A DNA stretch of 64,000 nucleotides from Phoronis australis (Eukaryota; Animalia; Phoronida). The notes beneath the pieces are model-generated. The model had not been told where the DNA came from. It did no database searches and saw only the letters and a program-made list of their open reading frames with translations. Positions 28,238 to 43,192 of this stretch are shown here, piece after piece (within the stretch, counting starts at the first letter, position 1; every line of letters starts with the position of its first letter). Both the position numbers and the translations under genes were made by a program. The stretch spans positions 247,170 through 311,169 of the forward strand of contig NMRA01000094.1 of NCBI GenBank assembly GCA_002633005.1. The letters run 5' to 3'.

Positions 28238-28943
28238 AAGGCAATAATGAGAAAGAAGTAATAAGAACATAATTATACGGAAGCAGCAGACTTTTCAATA
28301 AGCACATGCAGTATTCACACTAAAAGTTATAACTACGAATATTGTCCAACAGTTCAGTGAAATGCCACAGCAAGTGGCAATTTGAAACATTCATGGCAAA
28401 ATGAGACAGTATTTCTGAGCATGGTGTATTGGACATGCTATTACAAGCAGACTTTAAAGTAAAAGACACTACTGGTCACTAACATTGAAAAACAATCATT
28501 TCCAAATAAGAGGAAATTTAATCAACCAAGTGCAATATTTTAATGGTAAGGTAACGACAGACTCAAAAGGCTGTAATGATGTGATAGTATAAACAAGGCA
28601 CAAATTGCAATTCTAATCATCTTTTTGTTAATTCAGAACAGAGACAAAACAAAGCTATATTATAAACGAACCACTGCATTTGGAGACTTGTCCATGCTTG
28701 TTCTATGAATTTGTGACAAATATTCTGCAAGTTTAACAGAGAATGAAAGCAGTGGTTAAGTCTGCATACAAAAAATTATCAACATAAGCTCAGTTGCAAC
28801 ATTTCTCTTTCTAAAACCATATCATCTTGTCAGTACCTATGTGCTTAATACCCTCCTTACTATGGTCTACGCTAAATACTACTTTAACAAAACTGTATGA
28901 AACCCATTCCAAACTTTCAAAGGACACAATGATGGTACTGTAT

Positions 28944-29282
28944 CAAGGTACCTAAACTACACAGTTAACAGACTCATGAACACGGTCACAGACCGCCATG
29001 GTTTAGGACAAAATGTAGATGTCAACTGACCCAGGAAGCCGATGAGTCCGTGACCCGTGTTTATGGCATGTTTTATGGGAGTGAACCGTGTTTGGCAGTC
29101 CGTTAACCGTGTTTCTTCGTGAATTGAGTCCATGTCCCATGTATTTGGGTGAATGGATCATGTTTTGTGAGTCCGTTCCCATGTTTGTGAGTCAGTGAAC
29201 GGTGTTTGCAGGTACGTGAGTCATGTTCGTGCTTCCGTGACCGTGTTTATGAGTCCGTTAACCATGTAGTTTAGGTACCTTG
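28944..29282. mobile_element. MITE with ~45-bp TIRs
   Basis: caaggtacctaaactacacagttaacagactcatgaacacggtcac / gtgaccgtgtttatgagtccgttaaccatgtagtttaggtaccttg; internal degenerate gagtccgt repeats. Confidence 0.8.
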
Positions 29283-32200
29283 CGTATCATTCACCATTTC
29301 TGTCAGTAAAATCCTTATTCCTTGACGACATCAAAGAAACACGGACTATTGCACATATTTTAGGTACAATTAGTTATGAATAGCAAAGCACACCACATGG
29401 TCAAATGATAAAAACAGACAGCATATAGCAACTAGACATGGCAGCTGTATGACAAACAACTACACCTCTATTAAATGGTTTGAACAGATATAACCCGGCA
29501 TCAACAACAGACAAGTTCTGTAATGCTGGACATCACTAAAAAGCAAGACTTGGCAGCATTGCATGAAATATTGTATTTTAAATGAGAATACGTGATTGTG
29601 GCTAGATTTTTCTAACCGCAAGACAGCTAGCTACTAAACTCTACCAAGAATAGCTAACAGTTATAAACACCACAAAACTATTATTCAGGATATCTTTTAT
29701 CAATCTTTAAATTTTCTGACAATAACATGATCTACAAGTTTTTATACGACAATCTTCATGTACGATCAACTGAACCCCACTGGCAATAGTGCACCAGTGT
29801 TAGCCTCAAACAAAACATCTCAACGACATCAAACATTGTACAAATGTCCAGTCTGGCATCACAGAGTTAAGCACACGACACCAAATTGAATTTTGAGAGT
29901 CATTAGAGAGTGTTTAAACCTGTAGACGTAGAATAGTTATAAGGGTGAACATGCCAATAAAACATATTGATTCAAATGATGGACACTTTTGAGAGAAGGT
30001 ACATATTTCAACCACATGCAGTCTAAGTACATTTCACAAAGATCATCATCTTTTAAATAAACAACAAATTGAAATATAGAAATATAGAGACTGTAGCACG
30101 ACTACAATAAACTTAACGTAAGAGCTCCCTTGAATGTTGGATGGCCCCAAACTTCATTTTTCACTAAACTTTGATATAAAAATCAACCCAAAGAAAAATT
30201 AAATACTTGCAGAGCTGAAATTTAACAACTATTTCAGTAACTTTCCGAATTTAGGACAGCGAAAAAATACTTATTTTCAACCTGTCCGAAATTTTCGAAA
30301 TAGGCAATATTGATGGTCCAAAATTCGAGAAATATGAGAAAGATGTCAAAATCGACGGTGTCCGAAATCTTATAATTTACGCAGTCAGTTGCCAACAATG
30401 TTTCGATTTGCAGTTTTAGACCGTTTGAATAGTCACGCAGATTTGTGATCGTTATTGCTGACCAGAAATTCAAATGATGTCTTCAAAAACATAAACAGCG
30501 ATGTTATTGGCTCTGAACACAATCGGCTTACTAAACTTAGTGAAATATATACATTTGTCATGTAACACACCTCAACTGATTATTCACAATATCCATAGGT
30601 GCTCAACGTCTTCATGTTCGCAAACCAAACACCGACGATGCGACTGCAGTAAATGAAACCATGGTTTGTTTCTGGGTCAGCGCATGCAACATATTTATGA
30701 ATCACCTGTCACTCAAACAGACATGTAAATAAGGTCCCCGCGGTCTTAGCTCGATTACGTATTCGGGCGTTTGACAATTCCAAAACTGCTGCTTTATGCG
30801 GCTGGGGTATATTCAATCAATAAAAGTTTGGAATTATTATTCTAAAATATAGCAGTCAGGCTAGGTCACAATTTAGCTGAGGTAGAGCCTACGGAATTCT
30901 AACCGCAAAACATCACCACGCGCAAGTGACTGTTCAAGTAGCCAGCTACGCGGGCGTCAGCTTCTTCGATGCTAATACATGCTTTAATACAAAAGCAGTG
31001 CGTCCCAATAATCTCGGCCCTTGCATTCCTGATACTGCTGTTGTAATGTTATCTGTCCTATGTTCACTCCGGCCCGATAGCAGTGCCATCCGCTAATTTA
31101 TTTTTTATGCCAGTATGCAGATTCAGATCGATCTCTGCTATGGGCCCAGGTTTCATTTTACAAAATCACACACCGGGTCAAACGACCCACAAAAGGGAAG
31201 TTGCTGGGGATGAGTGGAAATGGAGCAACTTTGACTAAAGATTAATAGGTTCACACTCTTGTTTTAGATGGCTTCAAAATTCTTAACCTTGGTGCGAGAG
31301 AGCCCTAACATTTCGTGAAGAATACAAAACAGCCAAGTAAACAGAATGTCAGTAGGGAGACATAATGATACATTTATAATATGAACACTTTTAATGTATA
31401 CTGCATGACAAACTTGGACGTGGAGTTTTGCTTTCACAAAGTCTGTTATAACTTGACACTGAGCAATATCGTTTTGCCAATACCGGCCCATGGCATAGCG
31501 AAGGTCGAGGCGCCGAGAGGAAGTGGGCTGCAGGTTCGCAGAAAAACATTAAAGCCGTGAACCCAGGATTCGACTTGGTAACACAACGGTCTCATCACTG
31601 GTGCTTATTAATTAGCTGTTAATCCACATACAACAATGTGGCGATTATCCGAAAGTCAGAGAACATGCATTTCATTTGCATAGTGAAACCGCGATCAAGC
31701 GTGGCAAATATTTTGAGGCTGTGATTACAACTGCCAAGAAAACATGCGAGATACACACAAACCATCCACATTGATAACTATGGACTGCGACATCAGTCAA
31801 TACATTACACGGGAGGCAGTTTTAAACGATGTGTAAATAATCACCGTTATTTGATGAACTTCCAGATTTTCATTCAGCCCCCGAAATGTGAGAATTACGG
31901 CCACTGCCGCTAAAACCAACGTGTCTGAAATTTGAGAAATATGATGAATGCCAAATTTGACCATGTCCCAAATTTCAGAATCAAAAAAGTTCAGTCTGGG
32001 GTTGGATTTAGGAGCCCGAAATTCGGGAGACTGTCCTAAATATGGGAATTTTTATCGTGATATCTATCAATTAATGAAACTACCAAGAACATACAATGGA
32101 AAGAGTGATAAATGTGGTATGTGTAATGGTCAACAGATAGCACTTTTACTGTTACCCAGCATAAGTTCACACTAGCACCACACAGTTTGTTGTGTTTGGC

Positions 32201-32754
32201 GGATTCAAGTTGATAATGTGACTCAAACTTCCTATCTACAGAGGATTGGTGTGTTTTGTTCATACGCACAACGTGCTCGTGGAGATTATAACAGGTTTTT
32301 GAACTGCCCTAAAATAAATTCTTGTAAGAGAAGAAAAATAATGTTCACAGACCAAAAATTCAGCAGGCGAAAACCATCACCCCCTACACTGGAGAGAACT
32401 TAAAGAAGCCCCGTTCCCTGCAATGGACAGAAGCCCCCACCCCCTGGACTGAAGAGAAGCATCCGTCCCCTAGACTGGAGAGAATTATTACCCTTGTACA
32501 ACATGCAAAAAGATGGAACAATGATGATGAGCACAATTCAAAGTTAAAAGCACCCATCGTGTTTATTCAACATTGTCAACATTTACAGTGTACAACATTC
32601 AAATAGACGAGCAGGATATGACAATATCCACTAATTCAGCTCATTTGTCAACAGTACACAGTGACATCAACAGAATCGAGCATAATGTTGAACAGAAATA
32701 CCTTTATCATGAGTTTCACTTTTGGAAGTTATTACAACACGGCCTCCACTTCCA

Positions 32755-34420
32755 GTAGGTTTACACCTTAACTAATGCAACGTAGTGCATTATTGACTTG
32801 TCCGTGTATTTATACCTTAACTAATGTTATGTAGTACATTATTGACTTGTCCGTGTATTTATACCTTAAAGGCGAAGACAACTTTTTTCATGTCATTTTC
32901 AGTAAAAAAATAAGGTTCGTTGATTATCCCTGACATACTTTTCAGTTAATTACAGCTTTTCGTAATTTAATTAATCACTTGTCCCCTACTCCGGAAGTGA
33001 CGTTTAGGGAGTCAAGAACTTCGTGCCATTTGTTTTCATATAGTCTGACTGCGTGAGCTGTCGAGTCAGTCATTCTTCTACCTCGTTTGTGATAAGTTCG
33101 GTCGTCGTTTGCTTTTGTTTACGAGTCAGTCAACATGCCACACAGTTGCTGCGTACCGGGATGTACTCATTATCATCTCAAGCGCACTCTGACTGGGTAT
33201 ACACTACACCGCCTTCTGAAAGATGACACACTTTGCCGTACTTGGCTCGTTCGTGAAACGAACACAGCATTACCTGTCCACGCAACGTTCAAAGCAGCAC
33301 CAAGACGTCCCACCACATCTGTCCTCAGTCTATGCCTCATTCCTCTCAAAAGCTATGCCTGTGTGTACTCTGCCTCATTATACTCGGGCTCAAACATATA
33401 CCCATCCACAGACTGTCCATGAAAAAATTCCTCGTCACCACTGAGTGAACAATGTCTCCTTCACTCACGCATGGGCGGTGCACCATAGAGGGCTGGGAGG
33501 GGCTATAGCCACCAATTTTTTCAGTGCTGCGACACCCACGGTCTATGGGCGGTGCGCCACAGAGGGGCTGGGGGGGGGGGCTATAGCCCTCCACGTTGAC
33601 TGTGATATGGGTCAGGTTGTATACAAGCTAAACAATCCCTAAATCCAACGTAATTGAGTTCTTTGGCAGCCTAACTTGTCGTAGAATACCCGATGATGAG
33701 ATGTGGTGATGACAATAGAAAACAATAGTAGTACAGGTCCTCACAGTAAACTCTAACGCAAAACCAAATTAGCGCGTAATTCTCAACTCCCTAAACGTCA
33801 CTTCCGGAGTAGGGGACGAGTTATTAATTAAATTACGAGAAGCTGTAATTAACTGAAAAATATGCCTGAGATAATAAATGAACCTCATTTTTACTAAAAA
33901 TGACATGAAAAAAAGATTGCCTACGCCTTTAACTAATATTATGTAGTACATTATTGACTAGTCCGTGTATTTATGCCTTAACTAGTGTTATGTAGTGCAT
34001 TATTGACTTGTCTGTGTATTTACACCTTTACATAATATTATGTAGTGCATTATTGACTTGTCTGTGTATTTACACCTTTACATAATATTATGTAGTGCAT
34101 TATTCACTTGTCCATGTATTTACATCTTTACATATTATGTAGTGCATTATTGACTTGTCTGTGTACTTACACCTTTACATAATATTATGTAGTGCATTAT
34201 TGACTTGTCTGTGTATTTACACCTTTACATAATATTATGTAGTGCATTATTCACTTGTCCATGTATTTACATCTTTACATAATATTATGTAGTGCATTAT
34301 TGACTTGTCTGTGTATTTACACTTTTACATAATATTATGTAGTGCATTATTGACTTGTCTGTGTATTTACACCTTTACATAATATTATGTAGTGCATTAT
34401 TCACTTGTCTGTGTATTTAG
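32755..34420. repeat. 50-bp minisatellite interrupted by a Kolobok-like element
   Basis: tgtagtgcattattgacttgtctgtgtatttacacctttacataatatta units at 32755-32869 and 33929-34420. Confidence 0.9.
32870..33928 (+). mobile_element. Kolobok-like non-autonomous element with THAP zinc-finger remnant
   Basis: TTAA|aggcg...cgcct|TTAA; long (~150-bp) imperfect TIRs. ORF 33135 MPHSCCVPGC...YTLHRLLKD...WL matches the THAP N-terminus. A small nested GC-rich repeat at ~33470-33590 is related to 54125-54270. Confidence 0.8.
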
Positions 34421-35606
34421 CCAAATACCTACAAAACTAAAAAATGATCTTTTTAACTCAATAAAAGTATTTTCTGAAAGCAGAAAAGCTTGTAGAATTG
34501 TATTTTTTATTGTATACCACTCTAATAATAATTGGGTCAGGTGATCATGTCTTTTTATATTAAAATTAGCAAAAAAGATAGGTACATCCTGTCAGAATAA
34601 ATATTGATTAAAACTTATCAGTAAGATTATATCCATTTTAATCATGGGGTCAAACGTGTTGATATGTATTTTAATGTCAAATCTACTTTTAGATGGTGTT
34701 TTCAACATTGGGTTCTGGTGTCAAAGCACTAGAGATTCTAGAAATTTCTGTGAACAAATTGTGATATGATTAGATACGATCATGTGTTTTTTATTAGCCA
34801 ATCGCTAAATAAGTAGAATATTATAATATGGGCTAAAATCAAGAAGATATTCAGTTGAGCTACAGTAGTTGAAGCATGAAGATTTGCTACAATGTACAGA
34901 GGAAATTGTACAACAGAGCCAACTGGTGGAAGATTCTAGAGAGGATCATGGCAAGGACAAGGGTTAACAAAAACTAAATTAATTAGAGCTTATCACTTTC
35001 ATCGTGGGTAGTAAGATACTGAAGTGTTGCGTCAACAGAGACTGTGACCAGCAAGTACATTGTCGCAATACAGTGTGTGTAGTTCGAAGATTTACCAACA
35101 GGACTGTCATCCAAGTGGAGAGTCCTACAGCTTGTATAGCAGATGACAATTGATTATTTTGGTAGATTGATTGAAGTAATCTTTAAAGAGGGCGCTAGCG
35201 TAGCTACTCTTCTTTGTAGTTGATTACTTAATTAACAACAGGTTTCACTTGTCTAATTAGGGGTTATCATATAATAAATTAATTACTGGATTTAATGATT
35301 CTCTCTCCAACTACGCACTCTCAAAGCATAGCTACATTTTAAACAAACCCACCGTCAATCTCTGACACATCCATAGCAAAACAGTGGCATAAATAACATG
35401 AACATATGAATAATCGAGATGGAATCTCAAAAATGCTATTCAATTTTCTTAATTATCATTTCATATTCATTTTATGCAACTTCTGAGTTTTTCATAAAAA
35501 CTGTAAAAGTCATATTTTTATAGTCCCTCGTACAAAACTGGGAATTCTTAAAAAGCAATTTGTGTAAGTGTTTTAGAGACCAGAGTTTGAAGCATAGTAT
35601 CTAAAA

Positions 35607-35939
35607 ATTTCATGCGAATACAATCAGCCATGATGTTCCAAAGATTTCATGCGAATACAATCAGCCATGATGTTCCAAAGATTTCATGCGAATACAATCA
35701 GCCATGATGTTGCAAAGATTTCATGCAAATACAATCAGCCATGATGGTCCAAAGATTTCATGTGAATACAATCAGCCATGATGTTCCAAAGATTTCATGC
35801 GAATACAATCAGCCATGATGTTGCAAAGATTTCATGCGAATACAATCAGCCATGATGTTCCAAAGATTTCGTGCGAATACAATCAGCCATGATGTTCCAA
35901 AGATTTCGTGCGAATACAATCAGCCATGATGTTCCAAAG
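35607..35939. repeat. Minisatellite, 37-bp unit x9
   Basis: atttcatgcgaatacaatcagccatgatgttccaaag repeated. Confidence 0.95.
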
Positions 35940-36703
35940 TGCCATTTTGGAGTGTTCTACATGACCTTATTACATAGTGGACACACCTTATTACATAGTG
36001 GACACACCAAGTGATTAAGAGTAACTTACCCAGTTGTGGTAGTCATATAACTTGATCATGTGTTGGAGATTGAAGCCATATTGAAGTATCTTGTCAGCCA
36101 ATGGACTCTCACTGAGGTGGTACAGTACCTTGATGGCAGTAACCTTCAACTAATTAAACAAAACACGTGATTGGACTATAAAGTGGCAGACCCACCTTCC
36201 ATCAACAAACCAACTACGAATTTACACCACTTACCAAAGATTATGAAATTGGTTTTTGGTTGTTCCTTAATCAAATTAGAAGTGATTTCAGGGCTTCAAA
36301 TGAACTATCAGTTTGTTATTGTTACAGACCAAGTTCTACAAGTTGGCTTGTCATAGCCGCTCATCTTATATTTAGTTTTTAAAAATGAGCGCAGAGAAGG
36401 GCACAAAGTCAGTAGATGAACAACTATAGAAGTATCCTCAACGGTACATGAACAACAATAGAGGTATTCTCAACAGTAAATGAATGACAATAGAGGTATT
36501 CTCAACAGAAAAAGCTTCAAACGACTATCGACCTTGTCAAGATAGACCACGCACATAGAGTTGGAAAAACTTTCAAAGATGCAAAAGCCATATAAAAGAC
36601 TAAGAAGATGTAGCAATCTTGTTAATTTTTATTAAAGATGACGCAATTTCACTTCAATTCTATCTTGAGCTCATCACACTCAGTTCAGCTTGGCATTCAG
36701 CTT

Positions 36704-37322
36704 GACATTCAGCTTGGCATTCAGGCTGTGCCTAACGTGTCCAGATATATAACAACAGACACAGATGTTGAGTACAATAAGACAGTTCAGGTTAGCATTC
36801 AGGCTGTGCCTAACGTGTCCAGATATATAACAACAGACACAGATGTTGAGTACAATAAGACAGTTCAGGTTAGCATTCAGGCTGTGCCTAACGTGTCCAG
36901 ATAATATGAAAACAGACACAGATGTTGAGTACAATAAGACAATTCAGCTTGGCATTCAGGCTGTGCCTAACGTGTCCAGATATATAACAACAGACACAGA
37001 TGTTGAGTACAATAAGACAGTTCAGGTTAGCATTCAGGCTGTGCCTAACGTGTCCAGATATATAACAACAGACACAGATGTTGAGTACAATAAGACAATT
37101 CAGGTTGGCATTCAGGCTGTGCCTAACGTGTCCAGATATATAACAGACACAGATGTTGAGTACAATAAGACAATTCAGGTTGGCATTCAGGCTGTGCCTA
37201 ACGTGTCCAGATATATAACAACAGACACAGATGTTGAGTACAATAAGACAATTCAGGTTGGGATTCAGGCTGTGCCTAACGTGTCCAGATATATAACAAC
37301 AGACACAGATGTTGAGTACAAC
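36704..37322. repeat. Minisatellite, 78-bp unit x~8
   Basis: caggctgtgcctaacgtgtccagatatataacaacagacacagatgttgagtacaataagac... repeated. Confidence 0.95.
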
Positions 37323-37411
37323 ATTGATATAGTTACGAGTCTTCATTCACAACTCTAAACAAAATAACACAAGACAACAAATTTACTTCATGGCAGAGTA
37401 ACATACATTGC

Positions 37412-38679
37412 AACAAGAGCAACGCGGAGCACTGAAATGTGCCCACCGATGCACCGCAAACGGTGTGCTTCTAAGGTCGTTTTACTCGATGGAGCAAAAC
37501 CGTCCAATCCATCTGATAACAGGTACATTCCATCGCTTCTTTAAAAGAAAGCTATTTACCACAATTCATAAAAATCTGTCAAGGAACTTCAGAGAAACAA
37601 AGGAAAACGGAAAAAATGAAATTGTCACTATGGGGCACAGTGTTCATTGGATCTGCCTGAAAGACATCGTGGTCAGTTGTTAGCTTCATATAAATACAAT
37701 CCTGCAGTGTGTTTAGGAGATGCAGCTATGGGTGCAAAACAAAACAAAACTACCACCAGGAGGTGCCAAAGTAGTCGAATTTGTTATTCTCAACCGTCCC
37801 TTAACACACTGAGAACATACACGCCAATTTTCAAAACCTTCCTTAGAATGGTTTGGTTGATTGAGGGGTGGACGCCAAAAAACGTCCTCGAAAACAGGGA
37901 AAATGGCCACTAGGTAGCGCAAAGTACCTCGATTCCATTCGAAAACGGGAGGACAGCATCATCTCACCAATAGATGCCTCTATGTCAAATTTTATGAAAA
38001 TACGCTGAGGACATTTGTAGAGCTAACCATAAAAAACTAAAATTGCCACTAGGGGGCACACCGATAGTCAGATCCGTCTGAGTTGTGGTCATCCATTACC
38101 AACATAATATAAATAAACTTGCTAAATTTAGAAAAGATTGTGCCAACAGTATAGGAGATATAGCCATAGGCGCAAAAAAATGCCACTAGGTGTCAGAGTA
38201 GTCGAAATCATTGGAAAATCATCATAAACCGTCCCCTTCATAGTAAGAACATACATGCCAATTTTCACACTGATCCTGAGAGCGGTTTGGTTGGTAGAGG
38301 GACGCCAAAAAAGACTGAAAACAGCAAAAATGGCTACTAGGTGGCACAAACTACGTCAAATCCATCCGAAAAGGGGGATGATAGCGTCATCTCACTAACA
38401 GATGCCTATATGCCAATTTTATGTAAATGCGTTGAGGACCTTTGAAGATACAAAGGTAAATGTAAAAAAATTAAATTGCCACTAGGGGGCACACCGGTAG
38501 TCTGATCCGTTCGAACGTTCGCTCATGCCGTCCCATCCATGAAAGGAACATATGTACAAAATTTCATGAACGTACGTCAACGGGTTTTGGAGTTAGAGCA
38601 GCGGACACCGGACAGACGGACAAACAGACAGAGATGACGACAAAATGCATTCACATCTAAATATGTGGGCACATAAAAA
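37412..38679 (+). mobile_element. Second HINE/DINE-like copy with a shorter internal array
   Basis: Same 5' end (aacaagagcaacgc...gtgcccac), same gccactagggggcac subunits, ggacagacggac microsatellite and 3' gtgggcacataaaaa. Confidence 0.7.
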
Positions 38680-39015
38680 TTAATTTCACCAATTACTGAT
38701 AAAACTTAATACAATAAACACAGTATAAATCCTGAAAGACGAGAAATGCACCATTAGGTGTTAAACCAAAAAGCACATTAATACTTACGCTTTTATAAAA
38801 GGAATTAGTAATGAGTGTAAGGGCCTTCATGATTGGCTGAAACAAAAAGAACACTGTCACAAAACTATTTCAATGGACAGAAGTTCGAAACATTGCAGTT
38901 TTAAAGAAAAACGTATCCTAAGCATGAAAATCACCAATACTTCACTGGACTCTACATTGCCACGTAGTAATGCAGCAATGCAGCTACACTGATTTCAACA
39001 CAACTAACGCCCCCT

Positions 39016-40395
39016 GGCCCGGTCTCCAATCTCCGTACTCAGATTCATACTCGAGATTTCATACTCAAAATCGTGCTCACTGGAGTCGTACTCAAAAAAG
39101 CGTATCTAATGTTGTATTTTGAGTAGACTCCAAACGTACTCAAATCTGACACTCATACTCTAGTTGCTATGGAACTCTTTATGATGTGAAATGCAAAATC
39201 ACGCAAAGCCGCCTTGATTCATCGCTCCCTATTGGAATAGACCACCCCAAGAACTAGGCCTACATTATCGTCTGCTGTCGCTACAACTACAAGAGTATGT
39301 CTATAACGTGGAATTCTGAGTGTTCTGTAACTATTATTCATTTTTTAGTTTCAATAAATATTCTTATGCCATTTCTTTGAAACATTTGGCAATTATTAAG
39401 CTTTACTTCTTGAGTTCCTCACCCAGTCCCGAAAATGTCTTAAGAAATATGTAACAGCTTATCACATCACATCTCTGTTGCTAATTTAGTCTTGACATAA
39501 AACCCATTGCTGTGTAGGCCTACGCTGATGTCAAACTTTGATACTGTATCTTTGTATTTTACCGGGATGTATCAAGTGAGTTGACATTTGGCACGTGAGT
39601 TAAAAAACAATACTTGTGCAGGCATTCAGAGTTCACCAGTGGCAGTGAACGGGACGAGACGTCTACTTAGAAATCGGCAAACAAAATCTGGAATTCCATT
39701 TGGGGATTGAGGAATTATAGATGACTAAGTTATGATGAGAAATGTACCTGACAGGGAAGCGAACTTTTTTTAACTTCCCTCCCCTCCTCGTCTTTTGGAA
39801 ACCCTACAAAACGTAGGCACACATACCGAAATAAGGGCAGCACAAACTTCTCACACGACTTTTCCCACAACTGCTTTCGACGCTTGTTATGACTCGCCGA
39901 CAAGGGATTACAATGCGCCTGTTGCCAGGAATTGTAGAGGTAGAATGGCGGCCATAACATACAGTGATACGGCGGGTTAATAAGGTGAAGAATAAGAAGA
40001 TTTAAGATGAAAACTATTATCTCTGAACTGAAATTAAAGTGCTGAGATACGGTAAGAGGACTTATTTTTTTTAGATTTGCTGTGTTTCTTGGTTCCCTTT
40101 CGATATTGTTCTCTGGCTCGTATTTATTTTCGAGTACGATTTCGAGCACACTGCCATACCAAACTTGAAATTTGAGCATAGACTCTGAATTTTTACTCAA
40201 AATCGTACTCGAAATATAAATGAGATACACTTCAGTTCGAGTATACTCGAAAACTGAGTATGTGCTCGAAATTTCGAGTACACATTTTTCGAGTATGACA
40301 TTGAATTCACCAAAGCTGAGTCTGTACTCGAGTTGAGTATGAAGTGTGAGTTTGAGCATGATTCGAGTCTGAGTACGGAGATTGGAGACCAGGTC
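39016..40395. mobile_element. Non-autonomous DNA transposon (Harbinger-like termini) with repeated subterminal TACTC motifs
   Basis: Perfect inverted core ggtctccaatctccgtactcaga / tctgagtacggagattggagacc. Confidence 0.8.
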
Positions 40396-42189
40396 CCTAT
40401 CAACAAGCTGGATTAAGCAACAGCTACATTAGATTACCTCAAGCCTCGAGTCAAGTAGACTATGTTCATGTGCTTGGCACAATACCTCAACAAAGTAACT
40501 GACCTGAATAACCGTATTCAACCTTTTGACTTGAACTCAGTGCCAAATTTTTTTCAAAAAGGCAAAACTAATCCTAAACACTTCATTTGAGTCTGATCAC
40601 ACTCTTTTGCTCTCTTCTGGCATAAAATGTGCACAGTTGGAAATGCTCCTGGATGCTAGTGACTGCAGAGTGACTCCCCGACAACTCTACATGCGGCCAG
40701 GTGGCACCAGTGGTTATGAGGAGACTCTGATCACATGATAACACTTTTCAGAACAACTGTGTAACAAAGGAGAATGTCAAATTCAAATAGCAATAAATAT
40801 TCATGTCACAATGTGACTATTGTGAACTTACCTCACTATCTAACAGTTTCTTCTTTACGTGCAAATTTTTGTGCATTGTAACAACGTGAAGGACATGCAG
40901 ATACTGATCAAGACGCTCACGATCTGGCGAGTACACTAAGGCAAAAGAACAATAACAATAACAAAATACATTTAGTACATCAAATAGTTTTTGAAAAATT
41001 CTACGTAATTCCATTTTTGGCTCTTGAATGGCAAGTTGAAGCAAACTTAGAGATGAAAACATAAATTATAACTTGTAAGTAGTCACATACACCCCAAGAC
41101 ATTAAACAACTTTTAAAATCCAAATAATAAGAAACTTTGACCTGCGAAATGAAACGCGTTTAGAAGCTACTTCCAGACTCATTTCGTAACTACATCCAGA
41201 TACCTTTAGTAACCTATTCCAGACACATGTGGTAACCATGTACAGACATGTTTAGCAACCATGTACAGACATGTTTAGCAACCATGTACAGACATGTTTA
41301 GTAAGTAAGTCTAGACACCGCTAGAAGCCATGTCTTGACATGTTTAGTAACAACATACAGACACATTTGGTAACTATTTCCACACAAGCTTAGTTATTAC
41401 ATCCAGACATATTTACTAACAATGTACACACAATGTCCACACGAGCTTATTACTTGGCGTAATTCTTTGAATTCCGACAAGTATGTTGCTCTGACGTCGA
41501 GTTTTTTCCTTTTTTTGTTTCTTTGCACTCTGCAGGTCGCATTTTTTTGACCGATTCCCACGAAATTTGCACACAACTTGTATCTCCGAAAGTACTAGAA
41601 GCCTATTGTTTTTGGTCATGATCGGTTCCAAAATGGCGGACAGTGCGGCCATTTTGTTTCCAATTTCAGATTCAAATGCTCATACAAACCGGAATTATTA
41701 AAGTACACGGCTGAAAATCAGCAAAAATATAGAACCGGACAAGTACTACCTATGTGCAAAAATTGTGAACTTCCAGTTCAAGATGGCGGAAATATTGGCC
41801 ATGACGCATGCGCACTTCGATTCCCGGGTAAAAACGTTTTCTCGGGTAGAGGGTGCATTATAGGACCAATTCCTTTGAATTTTATCAGGTATTAGTTTCT
41901 TTTGACCTGCTATTATTTAGAGCTAAAAAAACAGAAGTTGCTTACAGTACTACCTTCTAAAGCTTTGACAAGAGCTTTTTAAAGCTACTTTATTCAAAAT
42001 TGAACACTAAACCTTACTAACATTGTGACAGATGTCCTTACATTAGAGCATTTAAGTGTAAAGCGTGACCTACTTTGTCGCAATCATGTTAATAGGTCTG
42101 GATATAAGTTGATAACCAGTCAGTAAGAAAATTAGTTTTGCTTGGTGATGGAATTTGTCATTGAGTAAGCCAAGCCAGTTTTAGGTAGT

Positions 42190-42351
42190 AGAACACTACC
42201 AACATTTCTACATCTATACAACACTACCCACAGTTCTACATCTATATAACACTACCCACAGTTCTACATCTATACAACACTACCAATAGTTCTACATCTA
42301 TACAACACTACCAACAGTTCTACATCTATACAACACTACCAACAATTCTAC
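42190..42351. repeat. Minisatellite, 28-bp unit x~6
   Basis: aacactaccaacagttctacatctatac repeated. Confidence 0.9.
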
Positions 42352-42814
42352 AGTCATGTATACAAGTCACTCAACCAACAAGTACATACAGACACATTCC
42401 AGTACTTTAATCAGACCATAGTCAGTAACCAACTTGTGGGACAGGTCAGAGGTCAGAGCCAGGTGACCTATGGCCAGTATACAAAAGTGTGTCCTCGAAG
42501 TGTCTTGCTCAACCAGACACGGCCACTTAAACCAGTGCATTAGATTCTGAAAGAAACAAATGCTTTTGTCAAAGGCTATATTACTTTAACACAATTTAGG
42601 GAAATTTTAATGTTAACAATCCACTTTCCAAGCAATAAATTTTAATACAAACACATACAAAAATATGCTCCACATGAAAATGATAGAAATGTGACAAACC
42701 TAAGAGACTGCCCCTGGTGAATTAAAGATTGAATTTTATGACAAACCACAATGACTAAAAACTGTGGTTGACCACAGCTCAGCTAAAAACTTGACCACAA
42801 GTTATGTTACGCCA

Positions 42815-43192
42815 CATTCATAGCGCTGAATAAAGGTCCTGAACAAGAGAAAGTGACTGACTTGTCATTTATTGGATCGTCAAACATCACTTTCATAGCG
42901 CTGTATAAAGGTCCTGAACAAGAGAAAGTGACTGACTTGTCATTTATTGGATCGTCAAACATCACTTTCATAGCGCTGTATAAAGGTCCTGAACAAGAGA
43001 AAGTGACTGACTTGTCATTTATTGGATCGTCAAATGTCACATTCATAGCGTTGTATAAAGGTCCTGAACAAGAGAAAGTGACTGACTTGTCATTTATTGG
43101 ATCGTCAAACATCACTTTCATAGCGCTGTATAAAGGTCCTGAACAAGAGAAAGTGACTGACTTGTCATTTATTGGATCGTCAAACATCACTC
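42815..43192. repeat. Minisatellite, 75-bp unit x5
   Basis: gaacaagaga recurs every 75 bp from 42841 to 43141. Confidence 0.95.

Noticed and set aside
30119-32040. Possible large DNA transposon
   Set aside because: CpG-richer, TE-like composition, but TIRs and TSD could not be established by eye.
35607-35939. CRISPR-like 37-bp repeats (also the 29-, 35- and 40-bp arrays)
   Set aside because: Units are head-to-tail with no unique spacers; eukaryotic context; no cas genes.
36638-37358. Repetitive ORFs (IQAVPNVSRYITTDTDVEYNKT)n on both strands
   Set aside because: Product of a 78-bp minisatellite whose length is a multiple of 3; one unit breaks the frame; no splice or start context.
39730-40359. 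209-aa minus-strand ORF
   Set aside because: Lies in a TIR element and is built partly from subterminal TACTC repeats; no recognisable domain.
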